Below, piece after piece: positions 37,281 through 49,409 of a DNA stretch of 55,364 bases. Both the position numbers and the translations under genes were made by a program. The notes beneath the pieces were generated by a model that did no database searches, had not been told where the DNA came from, and saw only the letters and a program-made list of their open reading frames with translations. How positions within the stretch are numbered: position 1 is the stretch's first letter; the number at the start of each line of letters is the position of its first letter. Source of the stretch: Octopus bimaculoides (Eukaryota); the NCBI RefSeq assembly GCF_001194135.2, contig NC_068982.1, forward strand, positions 180,092,856 through 180,148,219, in the 5' to 3' direction.

Positions 37281-37908
37281 GTCATTAAATATGACTAAGT
37301 TTGTTAGAAACACCTACATTGCTAGAAATAAGAGCTGAACGTTCTAATGTTGCAGTCAAAGTACATAATTGTGTACATACATGCTGACAGGGACTGTAGT
37401 CGCCCGAAAAGCGGCGGTTCAGATATTCCCACACTGATCTGTCAGTTTCGGCTTTTTTTTTGCCGTAGCCTCTTCAGTGGAGTCGGTTCTTCAGTGGAAA
37501 GTTTATAGTTTTCCTTTTTGGTACACATTGCGTACAGTCGCCTACATTAATTATTTGCATACACATTAACGATCCGCTAAATCATCCATAGATTTCTATG
37601 GTGTAGACATATGTGCTAGTACTGATCTTCATCCGAGAACAGCCGAGTGAGGCCCATACTTCGGAAGAGGCTACGGGAAAAGCCGAAACAGACTGATTAG
37701 TCTGGGGACATCTCGACCGCTGCGTTTTGAGTGCTTACGGTCTCTGTCAGCATGTATGTATACAATTATATGCCTTGACTGTAGTATTAGAGCGTTTAGC
37801 TCTTATTTCTAGCAATGTAGGTGTTTCTAACATTCTCAGTCATATTTAATGACGTTTATAGTTTTCCTTTTTGGTACACATTGCTTACAGCTGCCTTCAT
37901 TAATTATC
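37281..37908. mobile_element. Penelope-like inverted pLTR structure with hammerhead ribozyme motifs
   Basis: About 195-bp diverged inverted arms (37281-37477, 37662-37853); ~55-bp direct repeat (37501 and 37854, first 31 nt identical); hammerhead in each arm. Confidence 0.75.
37428..37481 (-). ncRNA. Type I hammerhead ribozyme motif (G at cleavage position, probably inactive in this copy)
   Basis: TCCA-CTGAAGA-GGCT-loop-AGCC-GAA-ACTGA-caga-TCAGT-G-TGGG: full core, helices I/II/III of 4/4/5 bp. Confidence 0.75.
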
Positions 37909-37919
37909 TACAAATAAAT

Positions 37920-38322
37920 ACGATAAATGCTCATGCAAGGAAAAATCAAAATGTTCATTGATGAATCTCGTACGAGTACAAATCTTATATATAAATGTAC
38001 CGTGCACACAAGGGGAGGGCTGTATGTTTACATTGGGCAGACAGCTGATTCATTTAAGAATCGTTATCGCAACCATGTCGCCAGCTTTAAAGTAATCAAT
38101 AAGTGACATTCAACATGTCTGGCCGATTTTGTATGGCGACTGAAGGAGAGTAAAGTGATGTACAGCATAACTTGGTCCATAATAAGGCACGCGAAACCAT
38201 ACAATATCACTTCCAGGAGATGCCGTCTCTGCTCCGAGGAATCCCTGTCTATTCTGTGGACTAATGAGAAGATTATTAATAAAATTTCTGAAAGACTCTC
38301 GAGATACCTACACGAAATATAA
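37920..38322 (+). pseudogene. PLE GIY-YIG endonuclease C-terminal domain
   Basis: CSCKEKSKC, then after a frameshift TNLIYKCTVHTRGGLYVYIGQTADSFKNRYRNHVASF..*HSTCLADFVWRLK..ITWSII..PYNITSRRCRLCSEESL..IINKISERLSRYLHEI*; one internal stop at 38104-38106. Confidence 0.85.
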
Positions 38323-38324
38323 AT

Positions 38325-38357
<33 letters not shown>

Positions 38358-39414
38358 GACACGTACCCATGTGTATGATAAGCAAAATAATGGAGTTTCT
38401 TTATTTAGCATTTACTATTGTTAACAGCTATTTTTAAATGTTTGTTTGTTTCCTTTGAGTATCCAAAATATTTTCAGAAGTTTAGCCTAAACGCCCACGT
38501 TTGTTTCCAGGCTTTTAGTTCGGCCTCGTTTTATACGTTCTGCGTAATATTAAACTTCTCATTCACACTTCCCATGTTAATCTAATGGATGAAAAAAAAA
38601 CCCAAAAAAAAACCTAGAATGTATTATCTACCGCATGGATGCAAGGGAAATATGGGCTGTGTATCATGTGAATTTAAACTTCGGCCCTAGCAGATGAAGA
38701 AAAATTGATTAGGTATGTAAAAAATTTCTTACCCCTGCATTATGTATGACTTGAAGCCTCTGTCTTTCACTTTCTCTCTTAATTTGGTCCTTTCTGGCTG
38801 ATTTATACGGAAGAGAATAACGTGAAAAATTTTGGGCAATTGCCTTCTAATATAGCTTCAAGTTGATTAATGCATTCCGAGTGAAATTTGGCTGACATAT
38901 TCTGTACAGAGACACGTCGTATANNNNNNNNNNNNNNNNNNNNNNNNNNNNNNNNNNNNNNNNNNNNNNNNNNNNNNNNNNNNNNNNNNNNNNNNNNNNN
39001 NNNNNNNNNNNNNNNNNNNNNNNNNNNNNNNNNNNNNNNNNNNNNNNNNNNNNNNNNNNNNNNNNNNNNNNNNNNNNNNNNNNNNNNNNNNNNNNNNNNN
39101 NNNNNNNNNNNNNNNNNNNNNNNNNNNNNNNNNNNNNNNNNNNNNNNNNNNNNNNNNNNNNNNNNNNNNNNNNNNNNNNNNNNNNNNNNNNNNNNNNNNN
39201 NNNNNNNNNNNNNNNNNNNNNNNNNNNNNNNNNNNNNNNNNNNNNNNNNNNNNNNNNNNNNNNNNNNNNNNNNNNNNNNNNNNNNNNNNNNNNNNNNNNN
39301 NNNNNNNNNNNNNNNNNNNNNNNNNNNNNNNNNNNNNNNNNNNNNNNNNNNNNNNNNNNNNNNNNNATATACTTACATATAGAAGACCAAAAGTGCATGT
39401 ACGCCGCTATATGT

Positions 39415-40095
39415 ATATATAGAAAAAAAAACCAAAACAAAAATGGAACAAGAACGTAGCAGGCGACAACAAAACATTTGGACAGTTAGACGATACAAAA
39501 AAGACAGGAAAAGACAAGGACGGGTCATTCGGAGCTTTCTTTTCGTCAGTCGAGTTCCAGATCGTCGTTGCAGTTTCGGCCGGTTACACTCAAGACTGCT
39601 CTAATCTGGCTGGCCCCAAAAAATCTAAACCACCACCAATAATAACACAATCCTTCTATCGCTTTATGCCTCTATATAGATTCTTTGGAAGAAAGCAAAT
39701 ACATACGGAAATAAGGACGAAAAAAAATAACGAAGAAATAGTACAATTCGTCCTTAGTCGAAAGACACTTGTTAATGTATTGTTGTTTGTATTTGTAACT
39801 GTGTGCCATTTCTCCGTTTTTTACGTCTTTGTTTTCGTATACATCGGTTTGCTTTCTTCCAAAGAATCTACTGCTCTTAGCTTATATTTTTTTGGATCCG
39901 GCCAGATTGGTGCAGTCTCGAGTGTAACCGGCCGAAACTTCAACGACGATCTGGAACTCGACTGACGAAAGAGAGCTTCGAATGACCCGACCTTGTTTTT
40001 TCCTGTCCTTTTTTGTATCGTCTAATTGTCCAGATGTTTTGTTGTTACTTGTTGCGTTCTTGTTCTATTTTTGTTTTCTATATATATTTGTTTTC
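39415..40095. mobile_element. ~680-bp foldback of a Penelope-like repeat
   Basis: Outer arms 39415-39622 and 39886-40095; inner arms 39677-39745 and 39802-39870. Confidence 0.7.
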
Positions 40096-40402
40096 TATAT
40101 ATATATGTTTTCTATGTATTTCTCTCTCTATATATATGCTTGTATCTGTGTATGTGAGTTTTTGTATTCCTATGTGTGCATATAGTTATTCGACGAACTG
40201 GGAACGAACTGTACTGGGTGTTTAAAATGTAAATTCTTGGAAAGATGTGATCGATTTTGAAATTGGTGCCCCAGCAGGGCAACAACTCGGGCAATAACTA
40301 TGGCTGATGATGGCAGAAGAATATATAGAGCAATTAGAGAACGATACAATGCATAGTCTTTTAAACAACCCCACACATACACTACAAACTCTCACTCCAG
40401 AC

Positions 40403-40457
<55 letters not shown>

Positions 40458-40860
40458 TGTATATATCTGTGTGTATGAGTGTGTACGTGCATGCAAGTGT
40501 TCTATGTATGAATACACTCACAGATATTAACTTATATATACTTATAGGTATAGTACCTACTTTCTACTTATCTATATAAATATGTGTGCGAACACAGACG
40601 CACGCACACACAAACACACACACACACACACACACACATATTTGTGTGTGTGTGTTTGTATAAACATTTATAAATGAGTAGAGTGCTTTCATCTTTCTGA
40701 AGTATTTAAATAATTTCCATCAATTTAGCATAGTAAATATTTCCATTGATAAGAGATGTCAGAAAAAATGGACTCTGGTCTTTATAAACCAATGCGTACG
40801 TGTGTTTCTATGTGTATTTAGAGATTATGGTCTTTATAAATCTGTGTATATATGAGTGGG

Positions 40861-40896
<36 letters not shown>

Positions 40897-41598
40897 NNNN
40901 NNNNNNNNNNNNNNNNNNNNNNNNNNNNNNNNNNNNNNNNNNNNNNNNNNNNNNNNNNNNNNNNNNNNNNNNNNNNNNNNNNNNNNNNNNNNNNNNNNNN
41001 NNNNNNNNNNNNNNNNNNNNNNNNNNNNNNNNNNNNNNNNNNNNNNNNNNNNNNNNNNNNNNNNNNNNNNNNNNNNNNNNNNNNNNNNNNNNNNNNNNNN
41101 NTATATATATATATATATATTATATAATATATATATGTACAATATGTTATTGTATATAACATGTTAGAAAGAGAAAATGTAATTCACAAGATTTTTATTC
41201 ATCACTACGATTGTTTCGATCCATCGTGCATTGCTCCATCGTGGGTTAAATTCTGTACAATTGGTTGTGGTGCATCATTCCGTATAGATGTGCTTTAATC
41301 TCCGTTTCGCTTATTTCGATTAGAATACATTTCGTTATATGCCTGAAGCTGGTGTCGTGAGATTCTGAGTTCACTGATTGGTTATAAACCTACTTACAAT
41401 TAATATTACGAATGTAAGAATCGAAAATAAAATAATTTACAATGAGCAGGTTAATCAAGTACTATGCATTGTGCTAATACGAGATACGTTAAATCAAAAT
41501 CACAAAATGATAAGACAGCTATGTATGAGACGAAGAAACAAAATACAAACTCACAATCAGTCATGTAAGTTGACATTTAGTGACTACAGTATTATACA

Positions 41599-41915
41599 TC
41601 TTTTATCTTTTATCTTATCGTTTCAGCCCAGGGCAGAGGTCATGCTGGTGCACCACCTGTAATTACTCAGTGTTGTTTCCGGTACTGTTTTTGGTGAAAT
41701 AGCGAGTTGGACAAAGCTGCTATTCGTTGCGTCTCCTGCCGCGATGTGGGTTCATCTTGTATCTCAGATAGAAACCTGTCCAGGCGTTCTTTGAAAACTT
41801 CCACATCAACACGATGTAGATCTCTAAGGTTGCCTGGAAGGATGTTGGACATTGCGGGCCCTTGAAACCCAGACTATTGCAGTACTATGTCCTTATTTCA
41901 GATGGGGAAGACAGG
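41599..41915 (-). pseudogene. LINE 3' end (CR1/L2-group-like ORF2 C-terminus, 3' UTR and (GATAAAA)n tail)
   Basis: IRT*YCNSLGFKGPQ then NILPGNLRDLHRVDVEVFKERLDRFLSEIQDEPTSRQE..AALSNSL; clade assignment tentative. Confidence 0.8.
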
Positions 41916-42298
41916 ATCACACACACACACTCACACNNNNNNNNNNNNNNNNNNNNNNNNNNNNNNNNNNNNNNNNNNNNNNNNNNNNNNNNNNNNNNNN
42001 NNNNNNNNNNNNNNNNNNNNNNNNNNNNNNNNNNNNNNNNNNNNNNNNNNNNNNNNNNNNNNNNNNNNNNNNNNNNNNNNNNNNNNNNNNNNNNNNNNNN
42101 NNNNNNNNNNNNNNNNNNNNNNNNNNNNNNNNNNNNNNNNNNNNNNNNNNNNNNNNNNNNNNNNNNNNNNNNNNNNNNNNNNNNNNNNNNNNNNNNNNNN
42201 NNNNNNNNNNNNNNNNNNNNNNNNNNNNNNNNNNNNNNNNNNNNNNNNNNNNNNNNNNNNNNNNNNNNNNNNNNNNNNNNNNNNNNNNNNNNNNNNNN

Positions 42299-42350
<52 letters not shown>

Positions 42351-42655
42351 TCATCCCCTTACATACACATACGAAAACACGTTCACCTCTCCTCACCTCG
42401 AGCTCGTAGGAACCCAGCTGATCGGCCAAATTGAGTGTCCACGCACACAGACACAACACCGAGGCTGTAGGCTCTTTGGTCAGTGGCAGGAATTTAGTCC
42501 CCCGTTTAGATTTATGACCAGAGATCAACGGACCCGAGCATCCGCATTCCTTATATAGGTGTACATTTATATATGTACGTAGATACTCATACATGGATAC
42601 ACAAACATACAAACATGGCTGTACAGCCACACAAACGCACACACCCACACAGACA

Positions 42656-42700
42656 GATATACATGGATATACATGGATATACATGGATATACATGGATAT
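42656..42700. repeat. 10-bp tandem repeat (ACATGGATAT)x4
   Basis: Direct reading. Confidence 0.9.
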
Positions 42701-42766
42701 TCAGTCTATAGTTATGTACTTATAGACATACACATGGAAGAACATAACGTTATCCACGCAGTCATG

Positions 42767-42830
<64 letters not shown>

Positions 42831-43132
42831 CACACACTAAACGTATTTGTATCTGTAAACATATCTTTATCTACATATAAGCATATTTATATCTACATGT
42901 ATAAACACTCATAGGTATACACACCCACTTACTTTTACACATCAATATGCAGATATGTGTATAATTTAATTACTCATACGATTATTCATGCGCATATAAA
43001 TCCATCCGCGCCCTCACCACCAAATATACATGCATACGCACGAAATCAGTCTGTAGATATGTAACCACAGACGCACACATGCGGATACATACTGTCCTCC
43101 ACGCAGCCATGCACACAATATGTGTAAAAGGT

Positions 43133-43448
43133 GGAGGCGCAATGGCCCGGTGGTTAGGGCAGTGGACTCGCGGTCATGGGGTCGCGGTTTTGATTCCCAG
43201 ACCGGGCGTTGTGAGTGTTTATTGAGCGAAAACACCTAAAGCTCCACGAGGCTCCGGCAGGGGATGGTGGCGAACCCTGCTGTACTCTTTCGCCACAACT
43301 TTCTCTCACTCTTACTTCCTGTTTCTGTTAAGGGTACGAGTGTCTGTGGAGTGCTCAGCCACTTGCACGTTAATTTCACGAGCAGGCTATTCCGTTGGTC
43401 GGATCAAATGGAACCCTCGACGTCGTAAGCGACGGAGTGCCAACAACA
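43133..43448 (+). mobile_element. SINE family C with ~65-bp internal deletion
   Basis: Near-identical to 13640-14022 but lacks the segment between two GTT microhomologies. Confidence 0.9.
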
Positions 43449-43458
43449 GAAATATATA

Positions 43459-43675
43459 TATGAGGCTGTGCTGAAAAGTTCCTGGCTTTAAAGGTATGAA
43501 AGGCCTGACTGGAGGTCAAACCTTCCGAGTTCTTGTACAGGGCTTGTAAAAACTGAAGGACGGCTGCAAAAGTGAGTGAATCTGAGAAGGGTATATCTTG
43601 AATAAAACCATAATTAACTGATCCACCTGTATTTTCTTTTACCCAAAGCCAGGAACTTTTCAGCACTTGCTCATG
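43459..43675 (+). mobile_element. Mariner-derived MITE (~215 bp)
   Basis: TIRs TATGAGGCTGTGCTGAAAAGTTCCTGGCTTT / AAAGCCAGGAACTTTTCAGCACTTGCTCA; carries remnant of the last transposase codons. Confidence 0.8.
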
Positions 43676-43797
43676 TGTATATACAAGAAGAAGGGTACAA
43701 AGAAGAGTGGAAACTCTCACGTATCGATTACCTCAGTTTAAGGTATTTCGCATTCATAGGTTTTGTAAAATATAACCACTTATTTCAGGATACAGTC

Positions 43798-45047
43798 TAC
43801 GAAGGGTGTTCATTAGATTTCCTTTGACCTACCTCCCAAGGGCTGGGATAAACGAAACTTGGCATAATTATTAGTCCTTTTCTACATATCCACCACCAAT
43901 GTTAACACACTGCACCCATCGCTTTATGCAGCTATGAAGACATCGTCTGTAGAAGTCGGTAGGTTGCGTCTGGAGCCAAGATTTTACATCGGAAAGAAGT
44001 TCATCATCCGAAAAGTGCTTCCTCTTAAAAAAAAAAAAAATCATGGTTGGAAAGAGGTGGAATCAGATGGTGCAAAGTCGAGAGAGTAAGGGTGATGAGG
44101 AAAGATTTCATAGCCGTAGGAGTGTGCTTTCATCTGGGCAACATGCGCATTGTGAACTGGAGCGTTGTCTTGGAGGAGACGGATTCCTTTGGTCAGCATG
44201 CGGTGCCGCTCTGGTTTGATGGCGTCCCGCAATTTCTGAAGCAGAGAAGCATAATATTGTGGCGCCCTTTACCAGAAAGTTCATTGTCACTACTCCATGC
44301 TGGTCCCAAATGACTGTGAGCATCACCTTACCTGGTGAGGGTTGGACACGAGCCTTCTTTAGATGCGGTGAGTTATGCTTTCATTGCTTCGACTGGACTT
44401 TAGTCTCAGGATTATAGTGATGGACCCATGTTTCATCCTGTGTGATAAGTCTGCCGAAAAAGTTCCCCTGATTTTCTCGACACATTGCCAAAAGATCCTG
44501 GGAGTAATTGACTCGTTCCTGCTTCTGAAAAGGTGTGAATATCTTGGGAATCCATCGTGCAGACAACTTCCACATGCGCAAATGTTCGTGAACGATATTT
44601 TCCACGGATCCTGCACTTATCGTCACTTTTTGGGTTAATTGCCGAATAGTTATACGGCGATCCTCCAAAATGGTGATTTCCACTTTATGGAGGATGTCAT
44701 CATCAATGACAGAATGTGATCGTCCATGAATAGTAGCAGTTTCCACCGATGTCCGACCACATTTGAACTGGCGGTGCCAGTGCTTGACTACATCGTATGA
44801 TGGTGCATCGTCACCAAAAAAATTTTCATCTCATCTAAAGTCTCTTTTGGTGTACGACCTTTCAAATATAAGAACCTGATCACTGCTCTGCATTCGACTG
44901 CTTCCACACTTCAGCAGCCGTAAAAGGAGGAAAGCTGCACTTTACAATGTGACATGTAGAAAGAAGTATAATTATACCTGTACAAGTTCTGTTTCCTGCA
45001 CTAACCGAAAGTTGGTCAAGGGAAATCTTTAATGAACATCCCTCGTA
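43798..45047 (-). mobile_element. Near full-length mariner transposon (1.25 kb), transposase inactivated
   Basis: Imperfect ~33-bp TIRs starting with TA (TACGA(A)GGG..TGTTCATTA..GATTTCC.TTGACC); ECRAVIRFLYLKG, SARWIPK, TQDETWVHHY, QDNAPVH, HPYSLDFAPSD; several frameshifts and stops. Confidence 0.95.
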
Positions 45048-45829
45048 CAAAGCTCTTATAGAAATCCGGATCAATTTTAAGAATTTAAAAACTATTTCCT
45101 TCTTAAGGTTTTAGCTTAGATCAAATTATAGCTCACAGTTGAAAAGGACACTTAGTTAACCATGCCATCTTATTTGAACACCAAATCGGTGTGAAAAATG
45201 TTTTTGTTCAGTTGATTTTGTAAAGTGTGTTTACTCTCTTTTCCAACAAGTTAATGGTAACACTTGTTCTTTTTTTTTCTTTTTGATATGTCAGGAATTG
45301 TGTGAAGAAATAACTTGTATTACCTGTAGGTCTTGTCATCAAATCTTGGGGACGCCACGTTCGCCGTATATCTCCGAGTTATAACTTGTTTCTTTATTTT
45401 TAATGAGTACTGTTGGTGCTGTAACATGTGTCCTGTGATGTAGACCGTTCATGGTGATTGCAATGTCTAAAGCTATTTTAGGTGTATCAAATTAACTTTA
45501 CATTGTGTTTTATGTAAATTAATCATTCAGGTAGACAGCTGTCTAGATCATGTGACTTCGACCTTAGTTGGTCTTATCGATGATGGACATTTGATCGCTA
45601 GAGATAGTAGCGATTCATCTCCCCTGCCAGTGATACATACAAGAACAGTGCCAGAACAGATGTCAGTGTCATGATGGTAGTCACGGCGCTGGAAGTGGTG
45701 GGGATTTATCTCCCTGCTAGCGATAAAAAAACAAGCGTGCATTTTGCATCAAATGAGAGTTTCTCTGTGCACCAAAATGAGAGTTTCTCTCATGATATCT
45801 ACCGCAGTAAAGCTTGTTCAAACAATACA

Positions 45830-46900
45830 TCCACGTTTAAGTGGGGATAAATATTACTTCTTGGTTTTAATACTGCCTCTGTCTCTAATATATATGGTTT
45901 GGGACTGTTGTAGATGTGTTCTGGGGTGGGGGCTCTAGATTTACAGGAGACTGTGTCCAGTGCAGTAGCAGTTCTGTGTAGGCTGAAATTTGCAGCTACA
46001 ATGTAATGGGTTACTTTCATGTTCTAGTAACTTTTATTTTGAATATTTTTGTTTCACTATGTAAGTTCTCCGTGGGTAAAGGGCGTAAGGGTGCAAAGTG
46101 AGATAAATGGTGTTGTAGTTCGGTTACGTTGTCTGTTGAGACAGGAATGTTGACGGAAGTGTGTAATGTTTATTATTTAAATACATTTCATGCTGATTTA
46201 TCTTAACTGCAATCATTGCATTTCTAGTGTTGTTCAAACAATGTTTCGGGTATTTATGCACTGGGTACAGGACTCTATATATGTTACGAGGTCTGCACTA
46301 TGGTCTAGTTTGTCTTATTTTATCGGGATGTAATCTTAGATTTGACTTACCCTGTGTTGACATTGGAGTTTTACTTCAATTACTTTTTAAATATTGTATT
46401 TGATGATTCTTTTTTCTTTTTCCACAAAACCGTTTCTTACGCTGTATTGTGTCGGATTGCAAGTATATTAATTTATTTTTCCAGTTAGGGTGTTTAATGG
46501 TATCAGGGTTTGTTATTTGTTTAGGTTTCGGTATCGTGTTCTTATCGTTGTTGTTATTCTTTATCTACTGGTAACCCTGATCAGATACTCCTTTAATCAA
46601 ATCCAGCTGTGACTATTTCATCTATTTTTCAATGACAGTGTATTTAGGACTTCATTATCCAGTGTGTCATCTCTTCAATAAGATGGAAGGACGTGAGTTA
46701 AGGGGATGGGCTGTTGTTGAAGCTTGTTGATATGTTGGCTGTACTAATTATTGTGTTCAGATTGTTAGAATCAGGCACATGTTACTGTTTGTCTATTTCT
46801 GGTTTTCTAAACCAAGTTAGATTAGTGTTAGATTCAGGGACCTTCATCAGAAGGTACAAGAGATATTTCTGGTTTTCTGTTTCGAGTTATGTTGTTTCTA
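45830..46900 (-). pseudogene. Heavily degenerate Penelope-like ORF 3' part (RT thumb to GIY-YIG)
   Basis: Fragments AHPLNSRPSILLKR, SADLVTYIESCTQC, KINQHEM resembling PLE thumb and Cys-rich GIY-YIG; CTGATGA motif at 46844-46850. Weak by-eye alignment. Confidence 0.45.
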
Positions 46901-47252
46901 ATCAAATGAGCTATGGTCAAAAACACTCATTCGTAGCCACTCTTTGCTTTTGCTTATTTTCTTCAGGTACTATGTATACATGTGTCGGTTGATAATAGAC
47001 CTTCTTTCACCTGTCTCACACACAACTCAGCAAGTTATAGGGTCGGTTCTTCTGTACCCAGGTGGTAAGTCATCAATTATCTTCTTTCAATTTCTTCCTT
47101 AGCTTTCTTCTTCCTTTCAGTTTCATGATTACCACGAAGTGCTCAAGGATTTTTCTTTTCATTTGGTTTTAAATGAACCAAGTCTGTTGTTTCCTTACGC
47201 TATTGAGAAGCTTTCTTATTTTAAGTCTTTGGACGATATACAGAAAAAGTGA

Positions 47253-48248
47253 CATAGAGAGGGTGATCAACCAGTTCAAAGCCACAGTCACGCACAGCAG
47301 CCATTGAAAACAAGGAGTTCTGTGTTGGAACATCATCTTGATGAAACAAGAATTCTTTCTTCAGCTTTTTTTCTGGCTGTTTGGTCTTGATGACCTTTCG
47401 TAACTACCTCAGCAAGCTGGCATGTTACTCTCCATTGATCGTATAAGCCTTTATAACATAGCCAATGAACACAATACCTTTTGCATTCCCTTAAACTGAG
47501 CCCACCACCTTCCCTGCAGATGAAACGACGTTGGCTTTCTTTGGAACAGGTGAGGAGAGGTGTTTCCACCGCATGAGTTGCCGCTTTGTCTCCGGCTCAA
47601 AGTGATGAACCAAACACTCATCCTGGGTTAGGAAACGTTCAAGTTAACCAGCTGGATCTGCCTGAAAAAAAATGACTGACTTTCCTGTGATGTGATCAGC
47701 CTCGTGCAGAAGATCTGGCACATACCGAGCAGAAGCTTTCATCATGCCAAGTTCACTGCGCAGAATATGCGCAACTCTCTCACAAGATATGCTAATAAAA
47801 TTGGCTATTTGATTTATAGTCAGTCATCTATCATCCATCACCATATGTTGAACACGATCAATGTTTTCCTTGGTGGTGCCAGTTGCAGGACGTCCAGACC
47901 TTGGGTCATTTTCAAGACTCTCTCTGCCCCTCCTAAATTCAGCTCTCCGCTTTTACACTGTTCATAAAGCTGGAGCGGCATCTCCTGATGCAGCAAACAT
48001 GAATGTTCTTGAGGGCTAAATCCTTTTTCTGAAGGTACTTGATAACACCACGATGCCAAATTTCGTCCATTTTCAAGAGAAGTGATTTCTAATTCCTTTT
48101 GAAGTCATCTTTGAACAGTCAACTATCAGTTGACTGGAGGGAAACAATGCACTTATTAATGAGGGGTGAAATTAATGCTTGCAAGATTTCAAAGCTGTAG
48201 CATCACTCCTTCATAGTCAGCATATGAATTTTTCAGGCTGCCCTTGTA
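47253..48248 (-). mobile_element. Second-family mariner, 5' TIR to HPxY, 3' end missing
   Basis: TIR TACAAGGGCAGCCTGAAAAATTC; MDEIWHRGVIKYLQKK, RFLTQDECLVHHFEPETKRQ, SAGKV, HQDDVP, FELVDHPLY. Confidence 0.9.
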
Positions 48249-48280
48249 GGTTCAATGTGTGTATGCATAATATATATGCA

Positions 48281-48321
<41 letters not shown>

Positions 48322-48572
48322 ACACGCACATACATATATACATACACACACACGCACACACACATACATATATACATACACACATGCACACACACACATT
48401 TGTGTATGTGTGTGCCTGATCATATGTAATGGATCATTTTTACATGAACCACATGAGGTATTATTCCTATTATGTAATTCCTAACATTGACTCATGTGGC
48501 TTCACCGCTGCATCAATTCACTCCACATTCACGCGCATAATCCGTTTGTTCTTTAACTGTGAAAGTATTAGG

Positions 48573-48606
<34 letters not shown>

Positions 48607-48650
48607 TGCAATATATTAGGAGTGGTTCCTCAGACTTAACATACCTAAAC

Positions 48651-49111
48651 ATTTACTCTTTTACTCTTTTATTTGTTTTAGTTATTTGACTGCGGCTATG
48701 CTGGAGCACCGCCTTTAGTCCAACAAATCGATCCCAGGACTTGGTACTTATTCCATCGATCAGTTTTCCCGAACCGTTAAGTTACAGAGACGTAAAAACA
48801 CCAGCATCGGTTGTCAAGCGATAGTGGGAGTGGGGACAAACACAGACACACAAACACACACGCAAACATACACACACATACGCAAACATGCACACACATA
48901 CGCACACACACATACGACGGGCTTCTTTCGGTTTCCGTCTACCAAATCCAGTCACAAGGATTTGGTCGGCCCGAGGCTATAGTAGAAGACACTTGCTCAA
49001 GGTGCCACGCAGTCGGACTGAACCCGGAACCATGTGGTTGATAAGCAAGTTACTTACCACACAGCCACTCCTGCGTTTAAGCCACTCCTGCGCTTAAGCC
49101 ACTCCTGTACC
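48651..49111 (-). mobile_element. SINE family B, full length with triplicated 5' end
   Basis: (CTCTTTTA)n tail, full body, AGCCACTCCTG at 17-bp period three times (49063-49111). Confidence 0.92.
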
Positions 49112-49270
49112 TTTGTTTAGGATTCTTTTTCATTTTGTCATTTGAATAGATCAAAAGCTTAATCCTCCAGGGTGGAGCTTCCAAGTTTATACACGAGCAA
49201 AATCTTGTATTCCGTGTGTGTGTGTGTGTGAGTGTGTGTGTACACATACACACACCCACAGGTACTTAAG

Positions 49271-49304
<34 letters not shown>

Positions 49305-49409
49305 GATACACATTCACTTATATATATATGCGTATATATGTACAATAGTTGTATAAGTAGACTCCATCAAAAATTGCCAAAATATTGAGGTGCAACTCTC
49401 GGATTACTA

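Noticed and set aside
38104-38106. In-frame TGA in the GIY-YIG domain as selenocysteine (known in some PLE clades)
   Set aside because: The position does not correspond to a conserved Cys by eye, a frameshift lies upstream, and CGA to TGA decay is simpler; no SECIS identified.
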